Below, in pieces: positions 62,471-64,000 of a DNA stretch of 64,000 nt (position 1 is its first letter; every line of letters starts with the position of its first letter). Under the pieces are notes generated by a model that saw only the letters and a program-made list of their open reading frames with translations, ran no database searches and was not told where the DNA came from. The stretch comes from Vicugna vicugna. Its lineage: Eukaryota. A program made the position numbers and the translations under genes. Location: assembly GCA_013265495.1 (NCBI GenBank), contig MU058000.1, forward strand, positions 1,364,001 to 1,428,000, given 5' to 3'.

Positions 62471-63560
62471 TAACAATTTTACTTATATATAATTGATAAT
62501 AAGTTACATATATTTAAAGTGCATTATATATTTATATTTATTTATATATTTATATTAATATTATATTTCTATATTATCTATAACACTATATATGTCATAT
62601 ACATCATATATTTATCATATTATATATATTTACCATGTTTTATATGTATATATGTTAAATATATAAAACACAATAAAAATTCTGAACATATCCATCAACC
62701 CCCCAAAATTACCCGATGACCATTGGCTGCTTTATAATCCCTCCGTCCTGCTTCTCTTTGCCCACACACATGCAACTTTCTTTCTTATGCTGTAGATTAC
62801 TTTGCATATTCTAGCATTTTATTAAAAATGGAATCATACAGTATGTACTCTTTTTAATCTTTCACTCAACATAATTATTTTGGGATTCTTCCATGTTGTA
62901 GCCAATATGTGCAGTTTATTCTGTTTTTCATTTATTAATAATTATTCTGTGATACAGTACAATTATATTTATTCACCTACTCTTTCATGGGAACTGTGTC
63001 CAGTTTTTGGTTACTACAAATTAAGCTGCTATGAACATTATGTATATATCTTTGCACATAATTTTCTCTTGGATAAATGCCTAGAGTTAAATGGCTGAAT
63101 TTTAGGCACATGTTTACATTTTTAAAAAGCTGTCAAAGTGTTTTTCCAAATTGGCTGTGGCATTTAACACTCCCTCCTTTAGTGTATGCTGTTCCATTTA
63201 CTGCAGATGCTCGCCAGTAATTTGCATGGTCATTCTTTTTAATTTCAGCCATTCTAATATCTGTGCGGTTTTGTCTCATCATGGTTTTAACTTGCATTTT
63301 CCCATCTTCTATTAACCAGAGATACTGAGCATCAGTCTACGTACTTATTTGCCACTGGTATATCCTTACTTGTTGAAGTGTCTGCTTTCAATTTTTTTTT
63401 AAGTGAGCTGTTTTCATCCTTATTTTTGAACTTTGAGAATTCTTTATATATTCTGCACACAAGTCCTTTATCAAATACATGTCCCTCAGCCTGTGATTTT
63501 TCTTTTCATTGTCTTCACAGGGTCTTTTGAAGAGCAGAAGTTTGAAAAGTTTCAAGTTTT
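62470..63560 (-). mobile_element. L1MB/MC-type 3' end
   Basis: 'tgtagattactttgcatattctag...aatggaatcatacagtatgtactc...ccagtttttggttactacaaattaagctgctatgaacat...ttaatttcagccattctaa'. Confidence 0.85.
62475..62680. repeat. TA-rich low-complexity expansion
   Basis: Degenerate (TA)n tract within an L1 3' end. Confidence 0.8.
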
Positions 63561-63564
63561 AGGA

Positions 63565-64000
63565 GAATAGGACTTTTGCCTCCTTAGGTAGATTTATTCC
63601 TGGGTATTTTATTCTTTTACAAGAAATGGTAAATGAGATTGTTTCCTTAATTTATTTTTCTGATGTTCCATTGTTAGGGTATAGAAATGCAATAGATTTC
63701 TGTATATTAATTTTGTATCTTGCAACTTTACCAAATTTATGAATGAGCTCTAATATTTTTCTGGTGGTGTCTTTAGGATTTTTTGTGTGGAGTATTATGT
63801 CATCTACATGCAGTGACAATGATGCTAACTGCGGGTTTGTCATAAATGGCCTTTACTGTGTTGAGATATGTTCCCTCTACGCCTACTTTTAAAGACATTC
63901 TCTTTCATTCTTAGTTGCTGAGGGATTCTTTTTCCATTGGAAATATATGTTGGATTTTGTCAGATACTTTTTCTGCATCTATTGAGATGATCATTTTATT
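63565..64000 (-). mobile_element. L1 ORF2 RT fragment running off the window end
   Basis: ORF 63652-63843 SLHVDDIIL...NPKDTTRKILELI.KFGKVA.YKINIQKS.AFLY (degenerate FADD motif); internal deletion near 63820. Confidence 0.9.

Noticed and set aside
1..64000. Prokaryotic-type systems (operons, CRISPR, defence islands)
   Set aside because: The sequence is clearly mammalian repeat-rich DNA with no long ORFs or regularly spaced repeat arrays.

Overview
AT-rich, CpG-depleted mammalian non-coding DNA (intergenic or a large intron). A tRNA-Ala-derived Vic-1-type SINE at about 42 kb points to a camelid. No intact protein-coding gene, rRNA, functional tRNA or CRISPR array is visible. The only ORFs with recognisable homology are decayed LINE-1 ORF2 pieces. 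The window is a mosaic of L1 fragments (including a 4.4-kb 5' half that keeps its promoter end), solo LTRs (MaLR MLT1, ERVL LTR33/LTR16/LTR40-like, one younger ERV2-like), hAT and Tigger DNA-transposon relics, and MIR/L2/CR1 remnants. Family names come from remembered consensus sequences, not a database search, and most boundaries are approximate. I found no convincing new biological system. The best observations are: (1) several locally templated insertions (a 93-bp copy inside an L1 microsatellite and a 20-bp hairpin copy inside an MLT1 LTR); (2) a tiny TSD-flanked orphan retro-insertion; (3) a provirus possibly collapsed through PBS/LTR microhomology; (4) a strongly signalled candidate 30-nt microexon with an upstream candidate exon.
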